Virus record (IMG/VR): IMGVR_UViG_2740892274_000012
DNA: 43,496 nt
From: a virus
Taxonomy: Duplodnaviria; Heunggongvirae; Uroviricota; Caudoviricetes
Strand: one strand, 5' to 3'
The notes under the pieces are model-generated. The model had not been told where the DNA came from. It ran no database searches and saw only the letters and a list, made by a program, of their open reading frames with translations. This document shows, in pieces, positions 11,290 through 20,402 of the stretch (positions within the stretch are counted from its first letter, which is position 1; the number at the start of each line of letters is the position of its first letter). Position numbers and translations under genes: made by a program.

Positions 11290-11673
11290 TTACGCTCTCC
11301 TTAACTGGATAGAGTAAACTGATGCGGAAGGATCTACACTTGCTGTAATTACCTCGTATCGTTGTAACTGCCTTGATACAGGATCATAAATCTCAATAAT
11401 ATGGTCGACAGCTGGTTTATCCGTAACCTCGCATACCAGAGCGGTTAATTTAAGGTCACCATGCAAAATATTAATCCCATCAATTCTGCCCAGCTTATAA
11501 CGTGTCAACACGCCTCGCCCGGTATAGATTGCGGTTGATTCGCCGCCAGTTTCCGTCACAGGATCCCAGTGCCGGTGCGTAACGTAAGAACCAGAAAAAT
11601 CACTCACGGCGTCCGCTAAATCCTCATCAAAAGCAGCGGCAACCTCTGACTGAATCTCTTCACGAAGCCCCAT
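11290..11673 (-). CDS. Head-tail joining (head closure) protein
   Basis: 127-aa ORF in the head-tail connector block; start/stop overlap with neighbours. Positional assignment. Confidence 0.45.
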   Translation of the reverse strand: MGLREEIQSEVAAAFDEDLADAVSDFSGSYVTHRHWDPVTETGGESTAIYTGRGVLTRYKLGRIDGINILHGDLKLTALVCEVTDKPAVDHIIEIYDPVSRQLQRYEVITASVDPSASVYSIQLRRA

Positions 11674-12068
11674 TATCCCCCCCTCACAACCCTGACTTGT
11701 GAGCGACTAAGTCCGTACGGTTTCAGCAGTGCTATCGCAAGCTGTAAATCGGGTTCAAGCAATGCAGTGCTGTTTGCTGGCAACTCAGAAAATGATTTCG
11801 ATACACTGACCCCGTCAGCCGACACGGCTTTACTGATAACAACGCCAGAATCATTTTTCTGCTGAAACAACTTACCGAATGAGGCAATTCTGGCTGCATA
11901 TGCTCCCGCAAGTTTTACCTCTTCCGGAATACGGGATGGGTTAATTTTCAGGTTGAAGCCATTAAGCCAGGCATTAGCCATTAAAACAGCTTTATTTTTA
12001 GCGTTCTCACTCGTCCAGGCGTTCCCAAACGCATTATCAACGTCATCACAGGTCACGTAAGTGATCAT
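11673..12068 (-). CDS. Head-tail connector / head completion protein (gp6-like)
   Basis: 131-aa ORF, first gene after the capsid block; positional assignment. Confidence 0.45.
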   Translation of the reverse strand: MITYVTCDDVDNAFGNAWTSENAKNKAVLMANAWLNGFNLKINPSRIPEEVKLAGAYAARIASFGKLFQQKNDSGVVISKAVSADGVSVSKSFSELPANSTALLEPDLQLAIALLKPYGLSRSQVRVVRGG

Positions 12069-12071
12069 GTG

Positions 12072-12248
12072 TTACTCCTGAGTTTTCCAGCCCATAGCCT
12101 TCCAGTTGTCAACTTCATCAGGATGAACATTAGCGATAGTTGGTGCGCCGGGAAACATCTGATAATCGGTCACCATAACCACTAACTCAATTTGCGTTTT
12201 TTGTGCGGCTTCACGCTGTGCTCTTTGCTCTTTAGTTAATCCGGCCAT
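12072..12248 (-). CDS. Small hypothetical protein (58 aa), not in the ORF track
   Basis: ATG preceded by a GGGGGG run; MAGLTKEQRAQREAAQKTQIEL...; sits between the capsid terminator and the connector gene. Confidence 0.35.
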   Translation of the reverse strand: MAGLTKEQRAQREAAQKTQIELVVMVTDYQMFPGAPTIANVHPDEVDNWKAMGWKTQE

Positions 12249-12255
12249 ATGCCCC

Positions 12256-12280
12256 CCATTAAAAATGGGGCCGAAGCCCC
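12256..12280 (-). terminator. Intrinsic terminator after the major capsid gene (minus strand)
   Basis: Minus-strand RNA GGGGC-UUCG-GCCCC followed by AUUUUUAAU, a few nt after the capsid stop codon. Confidence 0.5.
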
Positions 12281-12290
12281 GTTTGAATGT

Positions 12291-13430
12291 TTAACCAAGA
12301 ATCAGACAACCATGTGCCGGCTTCACTGATGAAACACCCCATGCCAGTCCAACTTCATAGCGCACCTGGCGATACTGACGATACAGTGCAATCTGGAACG
12401 TAATCCCTGAAATCGGGTCCGTAACATTCATTACATCATCAGCATTATCGCCACCTTCCGGCATTGCCGGAGTACGGGATGCCAGCAGAAACGCGTTGCG
12501 ATCAAACGCCATATTTGCAGTAAAGGCCCCAACAACTGTGATGGCAGTATCATCGGCCAGATCCTGACGCAGTCCGGGCGCTGCAAGAGTAATCAGATTG
12601 CTGGTCGCTGCTGCCACAACATACTGATTCGGATCACCAGCGAACGTAACAATCTGACCTGCAGAAATACTCCCCGAACCAGTATCAATGGAAATAAGAA
12701 CATCGCCTTCTTTTTTCTCTCCATTCACGAGATAACCAGTTGCAGCAACCTTTGGCGCTCGTTTCACACCTGCCGAACTGTGAATATTGAATCCCTCCAG
12801 ACGCCCCAACACGCCCTCACGCAGTAGCTGTTCAGTGCCGGATTCATTCACTTTAAACAATACAGACTGTTTTCCGCGCAAATTAGCAATGGCAGTGGAG
12901 CCAAGCACCATCTGCAGATCGGTTGTCGGTGCGCCGTTATCCTCCAGAACCTGACGAGCCAGAGCAGCATCAGAAAGATCATCTTTAACACCAAACGGCG
13001 TTGTCCCTGCGGTTCCCACGGCGCGGGAAGCACCGAAATACAACGCACCAAGATCAGCCTCAACCTCGTTTGCAAGGGCGCGAAAAGCCTGCTTGAACTG
13101 ATCAGCCAGAATGGTGTTGTAAGTCCCTGAAGGGCCAAGAGCCAGTTGTTCTTCACCATTCCATTTAACCGGTGCCATTTTGGATTTAGTAATTTTTACA
13201 TCAACAGTGCCAATATTTTGATCACCGGTATTCGGAGCTGACGGCCCCGGTACGATATCTTCGGTTTTCGCCTCAGGCGCAACTGGCGCGGTTACCGTCT
13301 GATCTTTTGCTGCGGCGTCAGCTTTTGCGTTTTTTGCTACCGCAGGGATAAAACCTACCTGCTCACGGGATACAACATCCAGGGCGGTATAAATAGTCGG
13401 GATCAACCCGGTCAGGGTATTTCCAGCCAT
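12291..13430 (-). CDS. Major capsid protein
   Basis: 379 codons from ATG at 13430 (AAGGA 9 nt upstream; MAGNTLTGLIPTIY...); directly downstream of the scaffold gene. The track ORF starts 31 codons further upstream without an SD. Confidence 0.75.
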   Translation of the reverse strand: MAGNTLTGLIPTIYTALDVVSREQVGFIPAVAKNAKADAAAKDQTVTAPVAPEAKTEDIVPGPSAPNTGDQNIGTVDVKITKSKMAPVKWNGEEQLALGPSGTYNTILADQFKQAFRALANEVEADLGALYFGASRAVGTAGTTPFGVKDDLSDAALARQVLEDNGAPTTDLQMVLGSTAIANLRGKQSVLFKVNESGTEQLLREGVLGRLEGFNIHSSAGVKRAPKVAATGYLVNGEKKEGDVLISIDTGSGSISAGQIVTFAGDPNQYVVAAATSNLITLAAPGLRQDLADDTAITVVGAFTANMAFDRNAFLLASRTPAMPEGGDNADDVMNVTDPISGITFQIALYRQYRQVRYEVGLAWGVSSVKPAHGCLILG

Positions 13431-13528
13431 AATTAAATATTCCTTAAAAATTTGCGTAATTGTGAATAGATGGAGTAATGAGCTATCCAGCCCTGACACC
13501 AGCTCCCATCCGGAAGCTGACAAATGTG

Positions 13529-14293
13529 TTAATCAACGATTGTGATACCGTCTTTCAATGCGTTTTGCTTACCTGCAACATCCAGTGCATCAAAAGCAGA
13601 GCGTTTCATCGTTTTCTGACCAATATCATGCTGTGTCGGACGGGAGCCGCCGCCATTGTTGCCACTGGCTTTCAGGATGTAGTCTTTCTGAGGGTAATTT
13701 TCGACAAGGAACTCCAGCGCCTCATCAAACTGCGCCAGTTCGCCAGGCTTCGCGCGGGAATAAATTTTGTTGCCGGAAGCGTCATAAGCAACGATCCTCC
13801 CTTCTTCCACTTTGAATGCCTGCCCGAAGCGGGCTTGTAATAAATCTGCCGGGATCGCAATTTTATCGGCAATATATTTTGAACCCGCAAAACTACCGCC
13901 AATCATAGAATCGTAAAGCTGCTTCTCCAGCATCTGAGAGCGTTGCTTTTCTTCATCTAATTGCTGCTGAAAATTTTTCGTAATTTCTGCCTTAACCTGG
14001 TCAACCTGTCCCGCATCGAGCAGCTTTTTCTGGTCGATTTTTGACAGCATTTCCAGTGCCTCGATCGCCTTCTTCGGGTCTTCGATAGCGGCAAACTTAG
14101 CCAGTTTTTCCTCTGCAGCTTCTTTAGCCAGGCGATGATTTTTTGCCTCGCCATTAAGCTCTGTAATTTTTTTTGTCGCCAGCGGTGCATCGAAGCCAAT
14201 TTCTTTACCATCGTCGTGCACATAAACTGGCAGGCCAGCAGTATCAATTTCTGCGTATTGTTTTCCGTTAATCTCGACCGTTTTCAGTTTCAT
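13529..14293 (-). CDS. Scaffolding protein
   Basis: 254 codons from the internal ATG (MKLKTVEINGKQY...); charged, helix-rich, E/K/Q/A-rich; located between the head morphogenesis and capsid genes. Confidence 0.6.
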   Translation of the reverse strand: MKLKTVEINGKQYAEIDTAGLPVYVHDDGKEIGFDAPLATKKITELNGEAKNHRLAKEAAEEKLAKFAAIEDPKKAIEALEMLSKIDQKKLLDAGQVDQVKAEITKNFQQQLDEEKQRSQMLEKQLYDSMIGGSFAGSKYIADKIAIPADLLQARFGQAFKVEEGRIVAYDASGNKIYSRAKPGELAQFDEALEFLVENYPQKDYILKASGNNGGGSRPTQHDIGQKTMKRSAFDALDVAGKQNALKDGITIVD

Positions 14294-14350
14294 ATTAGTA
14301 CCTGGTTTAAGTCTTCCGACAGTTACGCTGCTCACCATCCGGATCGCAGC

Positions 14351-14377
14351 AATAAAAAAGGCCACCCGAAGGTAGCC
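14351..14377 (-). terminator. Intrinsic terminator (minus strand) between head morphogenesis and scaffold genes
   Basis: Minus-strand RNA GGCUACC-UUCG-GGUGGCC (7 bp with one G-U pair) followed by UUUUUUAUU. Confidence 0.6.
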
Positions 14378-14397
14378 TGTTGTAATAAATGATTTAT

Positions 14398-15513
14398 TTA
14401 AATCCCTGCTTTTCTGAATACCTGTGCATCACGCTCACGGAGCTGCTTCAGCGTCAGCCATTCGCCTTTATCGGTGTAAAATTCATCTGGCGACATACCA
14501 CCATCCCGAATCAGCTTTGCTCGGCTTTCCCCCACAATCTGTTTTTGTCTGGTGTAAGGCTGACGCAAAAACCATTCCCTGTAGGTTGTATCTCCGGCCA
14601 CCACGCCATCCATGCTGGCCCGCTCAGCCGGGGAAATATCGCGAACATCAATACCCAGTTCCTTCGCTGATTTCAGAATGAACGTTTCCGTTGAGCGGCA
14701 GCAGAAATGAATTTTTCCCGGCCCCTGCAAATAAGGCACGCTGTGACCTACAGGTTTATTATTCAGCGTATATTTGAGGCGATCCCTGATTCGACATTGT
14801 GGCGTAGTACGATTATCAAGCGTTGATAACCATTGCTTACCCTTAATCAAATCATTATTCGCGCTGGCAAAACTCTCACGGGCAGTAGCAGCAAGATGTC
14901 CAACCGCTGTTTTTGCAATGCTGGCCGCATTAGCCCGGCTCATCTGCAATGCACCATCCTGAAATCCCTTACTGACATGTCCCCGAATTTTTCTTGCGAT
15001 CTGCTCATTGGTATCCCCCAGCAAAAAACCCTGACGCACTGTATTTGTTATGCGTCTGAGCCGATCCGCCTCAAGATCTGAGGCCCACTCACTGAGCAGT
15101 CGTCCCTGGAATGGTCGCGCCATTGCAGCGGCATAAAGTGCATCAGGAGAGATACCAACCAGAGGGTGAACATCAGCAACAAAATCAGGTAGCATAGAAT
15201 CAAACAGACTTAACTGATAACCAGCCTCATAAATTGCCAGCTCGTTCAGCTCTCCGGAGAGACTGGTAAACATGCTGTTAATAGCAGTGCGGTTAACCTC
15301 TCTGACGCTCGCCAGAAGTGACTCCAGGCGCTTAACGGTAAAACTACCTGGATCGAGGCTGTCCAGTGCTATCAGCAGGCGAGCAGTAAGTTCCGCATCG
15401 CTGTCATTCAGTATTTTCACCATTCTGGCAGCCACGCCAGTGCTATAGCGGGATATCCAGACTGCATGAGCAATTGATTCATCACGCAGCCGTTCATTCA
15501 CGGTTTGCATCAT
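14398..15513 (-). CDS. Phage head morphogenesis (minor head) protein, Mu F / SPP1 gp7-like
   Basis: 371-aa ORF immediately downstream of the portal gene, overlapping its stop; family call is from sequence character and position. Confidence 0.65.
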   Translation of the reverse strand: MMQTVNERLRDESIAHAVWISRYSTGVAARMVKILNDSDAELTARLLIALDSLDPGSFTVKRLESLLASVREVNRTAINSMFTSLSGELNELAIYEAGYQLSLFDSMLPDFVADVHPLVGISPDALYAAAMARPFQGRLLSEWASDLEADRLRRITNTVRQGFLLGDTNEQIARKIRGHVSKGFQDGALQMSRANAASIAKTAVGHLAATARESFASANNDLIKGKQWLSTLDNRTTPQCRIRDRLKYTLNNKPVGHSVPYLQGPGKIHFCCRSTETFILKSAKELGIDVRDISPAERASMDGVVAGDTTYREWFLRQPYTRQKQIVGESRAKLIRDGGMSPDEFYTDKGEWLTLKQLRERDAQVFRKAGI

Positions 15514-16900
15514 TGATTTCCATCAGCATTACACTCTGATTTTTTAATTCATCGATCACTTCCTCTGGACGGGAATCCTGATCGATAAATTTCAACGCCT
15601 GCAACACCCGAACCGCATCAATCTGACGTATATCACCGCCCTGACGCAATGACTGAACAGCCAGCGCGGAGGATGAGTCAAACACCTGGGCAGATACATC
15701 CAGTTCAGTGCGCACATCCACATTGCCACCGCAACTCTCTCCGATCCATTCCGCCATTATCTGGAGAATATTATCGAGGGCATCTTCGAGGGAGTTCGCC
15801 ATTGTATAAAGCGGCGAGTTTTCCTGCATTCGCTCTTCATTAGTCTGATCAACAGATTTGGTGGATGTATTTTCAGCACGCAGAAGTTTAGCGCCGGCAT
15901 GACGCATCTGATTTTCCAGCTTCTCAAGTGATGTTTCGCCAGATTCTATCGCTGCGCCACTATGTTCAACATATTCGAGGCCATTTTTTGTTCTGTCCTC
16001 AAAAATCGTAGCGGTGGATGCACCAACCGTCAGTTCTTCATTCCTGTCCAGCCCGTAGGCCACCAGCAATGGAACGCGGGCAACATGAAGAATATTGTCC
16101 TGCTCGCTCTGGCTTTGCCAGTGCTTGATATTCAGCAAGCCAAGATTAAGCAATGGCGGTGTACCACGCATAAATCCTGTTTTCTTCGTGTACAGTGTTA
16201 CCAGAGGAATATCATCACGGCTGGTATTCCATGACTCATGAAGCGTCCAGACAGATTCGCCATTAGTGCCTTCGCTACGTCGATAAATTTCAACTCGACG
16301 GGGCATAATATGGCGGATCTGCTCCACCTTCTTCTGCCCGAAATCATCACCATCAATAATGATGACCTCTTTTATACGCAAATCAGTGAGAACAACTTTC
16401 CCTTTTTCAACTTTCGATTTCCATCCAATAACCTGGCGTGGATTCAGCATCGTAACGTACGGACGACCACCGGTCGCGTTTTCATCGGCTTTTGTCCGAA
16501 TCTCTTTCATATCCGTTCGTGGATAGTCCACCAGCGCATGTGCCACACCATACTGAAATGCGAGGCTGAAAAATTGCTGCGCCCACACATCCAGTCGGCT
16601 CCCCTCCATGTCGATATTTTCTGCATATTCCCTGATTTTTGCCGGCGTTTCCTCACTCAATACTGTCGGCTCTGCAAATATGCGCCCAATATTTTGCTTG
16701 ATGCTTTCTTCATACACAGGAAGTAGCGTAGCCACAGACAGGCGTTTTTTATAAGCGTCTTCATCTTCGTTAGGCCATTTTGGGAGATAATTTTCCCCCT
16801 GCCTGCGCATTTCAAGCGTACCGCCCATCAGTGCGTCGTTAATATCCCACGCCTCCAGCATATCGTTATAGTCGAGGTTGGGTGTTGATATATCAGCCAT
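15494..16900 (-). CDS. Portal protein
   Basis: 468-aa ORF directly downstream of the large terminase gene (2-nt gap). Confidence 0.75.
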   Translation of the reverse strand: MADISTPNLDYNDMLEAWDINDALMGGTLEMRRQGENYLPKWPNEDEDAYKKRLSVATLLPVYEESIKQNIGRIFAEPTVLSEETPAKIREYAENIDMEGSRLDVWAQQFFSLAFQYGVAHALVDYPRTDMKEIRTKADENATGGRPYVTMLNPRQVIGWKSKVEKGKVVLTDLRIKEVIIIDGDDFGQKKVEQIRHIMPRRVEIYRRSEGTNGESVWTLHESWNTSRDDIPLVTLYTKKTGFMRGTPPLLNLGLLNIKHWQSQSEQDNILHVARVPLLVAYGLDRNEELTVGASTATIFEDRTKNGLEYVEHSGAAIESGETSLEKLENQMRHAGAKLLRAENTSTKSVDQTNEERMQENSPLYTMANSLEDALDNILQIMAEWIGESCGGNVDVRTELDVSAQVFDSSSALAVQSLRQGGDIRQIDAVRVLQALKFIDQDSRPEEVIDELKNQSVMLMEINDANRE

Positions 16901-16902
16901 AA

Positions 16903-18213
16903 TTAAATCCGAAGTGATGTGACTCTTCCGGTCGGTTTGACAATAGGGAATTGCTTAACGATGAAATAACCTCCGGCATCATTCGGGTGATCATTGCCAG
17001 ATTTTTTATCAGGCTCCCCCTTCTCATCCCAGACCTGTTGCTCCAGAGATTCGGCATATAACGGGCAACGCTTCACATTAACTTTATAGCGACGCTCACC
17101 ATTGGCATTGCAGAACATTGCATTCATTGAGTTAACGCGATCTTTTACTGGCGGGTTCGAGCTGTTCACCACAACGTTAAAACCAGCCTGCTTAAGCTGG
17201 GCTATATCCGTCGTACTTGCGTTACTTGATTTTCTGGAATCCCCGGAAGCATCTGGATAAATATAAATTTCCCTCACTTTCCGGTAATCATTCCCATCAT
17301 ACAGCCAGAAGCGTTCTTTAATGATGCGGATCATATCCGGCGTATCGTAGGCATTGATGATTTCAGTTACCGCACATGGAAGCCCCAAACGCAGCACATG
17401 GACGATTCCCGCCATCTTTCCAACGTTAAAATCCATCCCAATATAAATCGGCTCCCCTGGCTGCTCCACTTCTTCGCAATTATTCAGTTTCCGGTCAAAC
17501 TGATGGTAAACAGTACCACTTGTCAGGTTAGTAAACTGTCCTCGAAGATAGGCTTTAATCAGCTCTGGAGGGTATGATTCAAGAAGCGAAGGAATGTAAT
17601 CTGCTGGCAGGTTCTTTTCATTATCGAAAGTAGATGCCTGCACCAGACCATACAGTGAGGCCAGCTCTGTTTTTTCACGCACGGCTTTAACAAACTGCTC
17701 GTAGACAAATTTGAATCCTTCCGGCGTGGTTGTAACGTCAATACCGTTGCGAAGTCCATCAATCTTATAACGCATACGTGCAATTATCTTGCGCCACGCC
17801 GTTCTGGCTTTTTCCTTCGGCAAAATGTCCAGTTCATCCACCAACGCATTACCAATTTTGAAACCGACGATCGTTTGTGGCTTCTCCATCGATCTGCAGA
17901 TAGTGGTTCCCCGATACTGGCGTCCGTAATAAAAGTGAACCTCTTTATTTCCCTCATTAATTTTTACGTTCAATCCCCAGTCAGCAGCAACTTCTTCCAC
18001 TGTAGGGTAAAAAATATCGCGAATTTGGGGATACGTTGGCGCAAAATATCCCTGATTTATACCTGGATGCTCCCAAATCCCCTTGCATATGCCGCCACAC
18101 CCAACCCATGTTTTGCCCGAGCCAAAACCAGCAATATAGGCTTTAAATTTATGGGGCATTGAAAGAAATCGCGCCTGAGGCACATTAAGCGTCGGAGAGA
18201 TCATCTTCATCAC
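16903..18213 (-). CDS. Terminase large subunit
   Basis: 436-aa ORF with a Walker A-like motif (AGFGSGKT) near the N-terminus, then acidic nuclease-like segments; overlaps the small terminase stop. Confidence 0.85.
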   Translation of the reverse strand: MMKMISPTLNVPQARFLSMPHKFKAYIAGFGSGKTWVGCGGICKGIWEHPGINQGYFAPTYPQIRDIFYPTVEEVAADWGLNVKINEGNKEVHFYYGRQYRGTTICRSMEKPQTIVGFKIGNALVDELDILPKEKARTAWRKIIARMRYKIDGLRNGIDVTTTPEGFKFVYEQFVKAVREKTELASLYGLVQASTFDNEKNLPADYIPSLLESYPPELIKAYLRGQFTNLTSGTVYHQFDRKLNNCEEVEQPGEPIYIGMDFNVGKMAGIVHVLRLGLPCAVTEIINAYDTPDMIRIIKERFWLYDGNDYRKVREIYIYPDASGDSRKSSNASTTDIAQLKQAGFNVVVNSSNPPVKDRVNSMNAMFCNANGERRYKVNVKRCPLYAESLEQQVWDEKGEPDKKSGNDHPNDAGGYFIVKQFPIVKPTGRVTSLRI

Positions 18214-19279
18214 TCCTTACTCTGGCATCAACCACATTAATATTGATCGCCACAGGCTGGGGATGTTCATTATCTTCCACCGTTTCGATCTCTTTGCGCA
18301 GCTTCTGGTTTTCCATTCTGCGCCGTTCAATTTCCAGTTCCCGTAGCCGCTTATCTGCACATAAAGCCCCGCCAGCAGAAAACAAACGCAACAATTCACG
18401 CCGGGCGGCAGCCTTATCCTCCAGCAGGATCTCAACGCCGAATTTTCCGAATTTTGCCCCTGCATATAATTGCCGCGCATCCCCATCAAGCAGAGTGGTA
18501 TCAGCCATATAAAGCTGTCCCGTTCCCTCACCGCAGCACTTCGGGCAGTCCGGATTGGGTATGGCGTTATCAACAAAGCCGAGGCCTCCATATTCCGGTT
18601 CGGGTTTGCCATCTCTGGAAGCCTGCGCCGCTGCCTTGTCGAATTCTGCTATATCGCGCCACTGGTAGAGATGATTCTCGCCCCAGCAATAACGGCAGTT
18701 AACACGGCGAAATTGTGCAAGCTGATTGGGGTCGGCCAGGACAATAGCCATCAACTGACTCACTAGTAAATCCAGGTCTGCGGTATAGCGTTTCTGGTAC
18801 TGATTGCGGAAGTAGCTGATAGCGCGAAAAACCCTGGCATTTCTAAGCATACGACTGGCGTTGCTGTTAGCTGTCGCACCTTGCCCCTCATAACCGGCTA
18901 GTCGGTACGCCTCTGTCGGCTTTTTACCCTGAGCAACAAGCATCGCAAACTTAGCCTGCTGGTCAGAAATGCCGAATTCATCGGGACAGAACGAAAATTC
19001 CTCCGCGTCGCCCTCATTCAGGCCCGCATCGAATACTGGCTTTTTTTCCTGAGATTTTTCGTTCCGCTTTTGTGCAGTCTGCGCAGATTTTTTCTGCGCA
19101 CTTTTTTGCGCAGTTTTGCACATTTCTGTCTGCGCATTTTTCGGAGTTTTTTTGATGTAACGACGGGCTGTTGCGTAATTCAGTCCCCTTGCTTCACACC
19201 ATGCCACCGGAGATATACCGGAGCGGGTGTATTCAGCAATATACTCCTGCTGCAACGCCCCCCAGTCCGGTCTGCTCAT
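18185..19279 (-). CDS. Terminase small subunit-like protein with N-terminal HTH and a Cys-rich cluster
   Basis: Contains ...AYRLAGYEGQGATANSNASRMLRNARV..., which I recognise as the small-terminase (P27-type) signature; HTH-like N-terminus; C-x2-C ... C-x2-C-C cluster. Confidence 0.6.
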   Translation of the reverse strand: MSRPDWGALQQEYIAEYTRSGISPVAWCEARGLNYATARRYIKKTPKNAQTEMCKTAQKSAQKKSAQTAQKRNEKSQEKKPVFDAGLNEGDAEEFSFCPDEFGISDQQAKFAMLVAQGKKPTEAYRLAGYEGQGATANSNASRMLRNARVFRAISYFRNQYQKRYTADLDLLVSQLMAIVLADPNQLAQFRRVNCRYCWGENHLYQWRDIAEFDKAAAQASRDGKPEPEYGGLGFVDNAIPNPDCPKCCGEGTGQLYMADTTLLDGDARQLYAGAKFGKFGVEILLEDKAAARRELLRLFSAGGALCADKRLRELEIERRRMENQKLRKEIETVEDNEHPQPVAININVVDARVRSDEDDLSDA

Positions 19280-19282
19280 CAG

Positions 19283-19534
19283 TTAGTCCTGATTTTTATC
19301 CACCCTGAGTAGTTCGCGCAGAGCAAAGGCATCCCCTTTTCTGGCAAGCTTAAACAATGCCGCTCGTAACTCGGCTTCACCTTTCGCTCTGCCCTTACGG
19401 ATGGCCGCATAAAAATCTGTCATTGCTTCCCGATTTTCTTTCAGTCGGTTCAGATCAACATCCAGAACGTCAGCGATTTGTTGTGCAGTCATCCGGCACG
19501 CTGCCAGAGACTCGACTTTCGAATACGGAATCAT
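19283..19534 (-). CDS. Small hypothetical protein (83 aa), possibly DNA-binding
   Basis: Basic helical ORF immediately upstream of the small terminase gene. Confidence 0.4.
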   Translation of the reverse strand: MIPYSKVESLAACRMTAQQIADVLDVDLNRLKENREAMTDFYAAIRKGRAKGEAELRAALFKLARKGDAFALRELLRVDKNQD

Positions 19535-20402
19535 TTGTCACCCCCATTGATATGCAGGGTGTCTTCTTCCTGTATTTTTCGTGAAGGATTTTTACTGCAG
19601 CGTTGTTCCAGGTGACCTGATGGTGAATGCGTTTATGACTGGCACCCATAAGTGAGATTTTTACGCACGACGGCGCATACATGACGGAGTAAAAACTTTT
19701 AACGTAGGTTCCGGAATCCAGATACAGCTCGGTCATTCCGCCGCTGTTTTTCTGCGTCTGTTTCTGCCCTAACTGGACAGCACCGATCGTCATAAACAAT
19801 TCACCACAGCGACCGAGATTCGTGTACGTATTCACATCCTCGTTAATGCGCCCCATGAATGAGAACGGTCGATCAACCGAACAGATAAAGCTGTTCATTG
19901 CCTTGCGTTTCACCCACGAAGCATGGCCGCCATTGTCACCAAGAAAATCCCCGCCCTGCGACATAGCGATGGAAAGAGCAGGTATTGATTCGTAGTACGC
20001 AAGCATTTCAGAAAGGATCTCATCCAGTTTCCTTATCGGGAAATAGGCCTGGTCATAGTTGCGATCCACCCGAAACTGGAACTCGTGATAATCATCATCG
20101 AGCTGAATGAAGTATTTACACCCGACCAGTTTTGCCTGGTCGAAACAGGCATTACGGGCGTAAAAAATTGAGCGGCGGTCACTAAAATTATCGGCTTCGT
20201 CAAAACGACTAGCAATATCGGCTTTGGAAAATACCAGCACCTGTTCACCAAATTCAGCCATGTACTGATGCCGTGTCTTATCTTCATCATCAACAACGAT
20301 AAAAATTTTCCCGGTATAGCCAGCACGACGCAACGTCCGGTAAGTCAGAACTTTGTCCGGTCGCCCGTGAGTCAGAATAAAGGCGCAAAAATCATCACGC
20401 AT
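19470..20402 (-). CDS. Glycosyltransferase-like protein (GT-A fold motifs), function unknown
   Basis: 310 codons from ATG at 20402 (GGAGGAGGA upstream); ...FILTHGRPDKVL...KIFIVVDDEDK... and ...ARNACFDQAKLVGCKYFIQLDDDY... resemble GT family 2 core motifs; start overlaps the ParB-like stop. Confidence 0.55.
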   Translation of the reverse strand: MRDDFCAFILTHGRPDKVLTYRTLRRAGYTGKIFIVVDDEDKTRHQYMAEFGEQVLVFSKADIASRFDEADNFSDRRSIFYARNACFDQAKLVGCKYFIQLDDDYHEFQFRVDRNYDQAYFPIRKLDEILSEMLAYYESIPALSIAMSQGGDFLGDNGGHASWVKRKAMNSFICSVDRPFSFMGRINEDVNTYTNLGRCGELFMTIGAVQLGQKQTQKNSGGMTELYLDSGTYVKSFYSVMYAPSCVKISLMGASHKRIHHQVTWNNAAVKILHEKYRKKTPCISMGVTNDSVFESRVSGSVPDDCTTNR

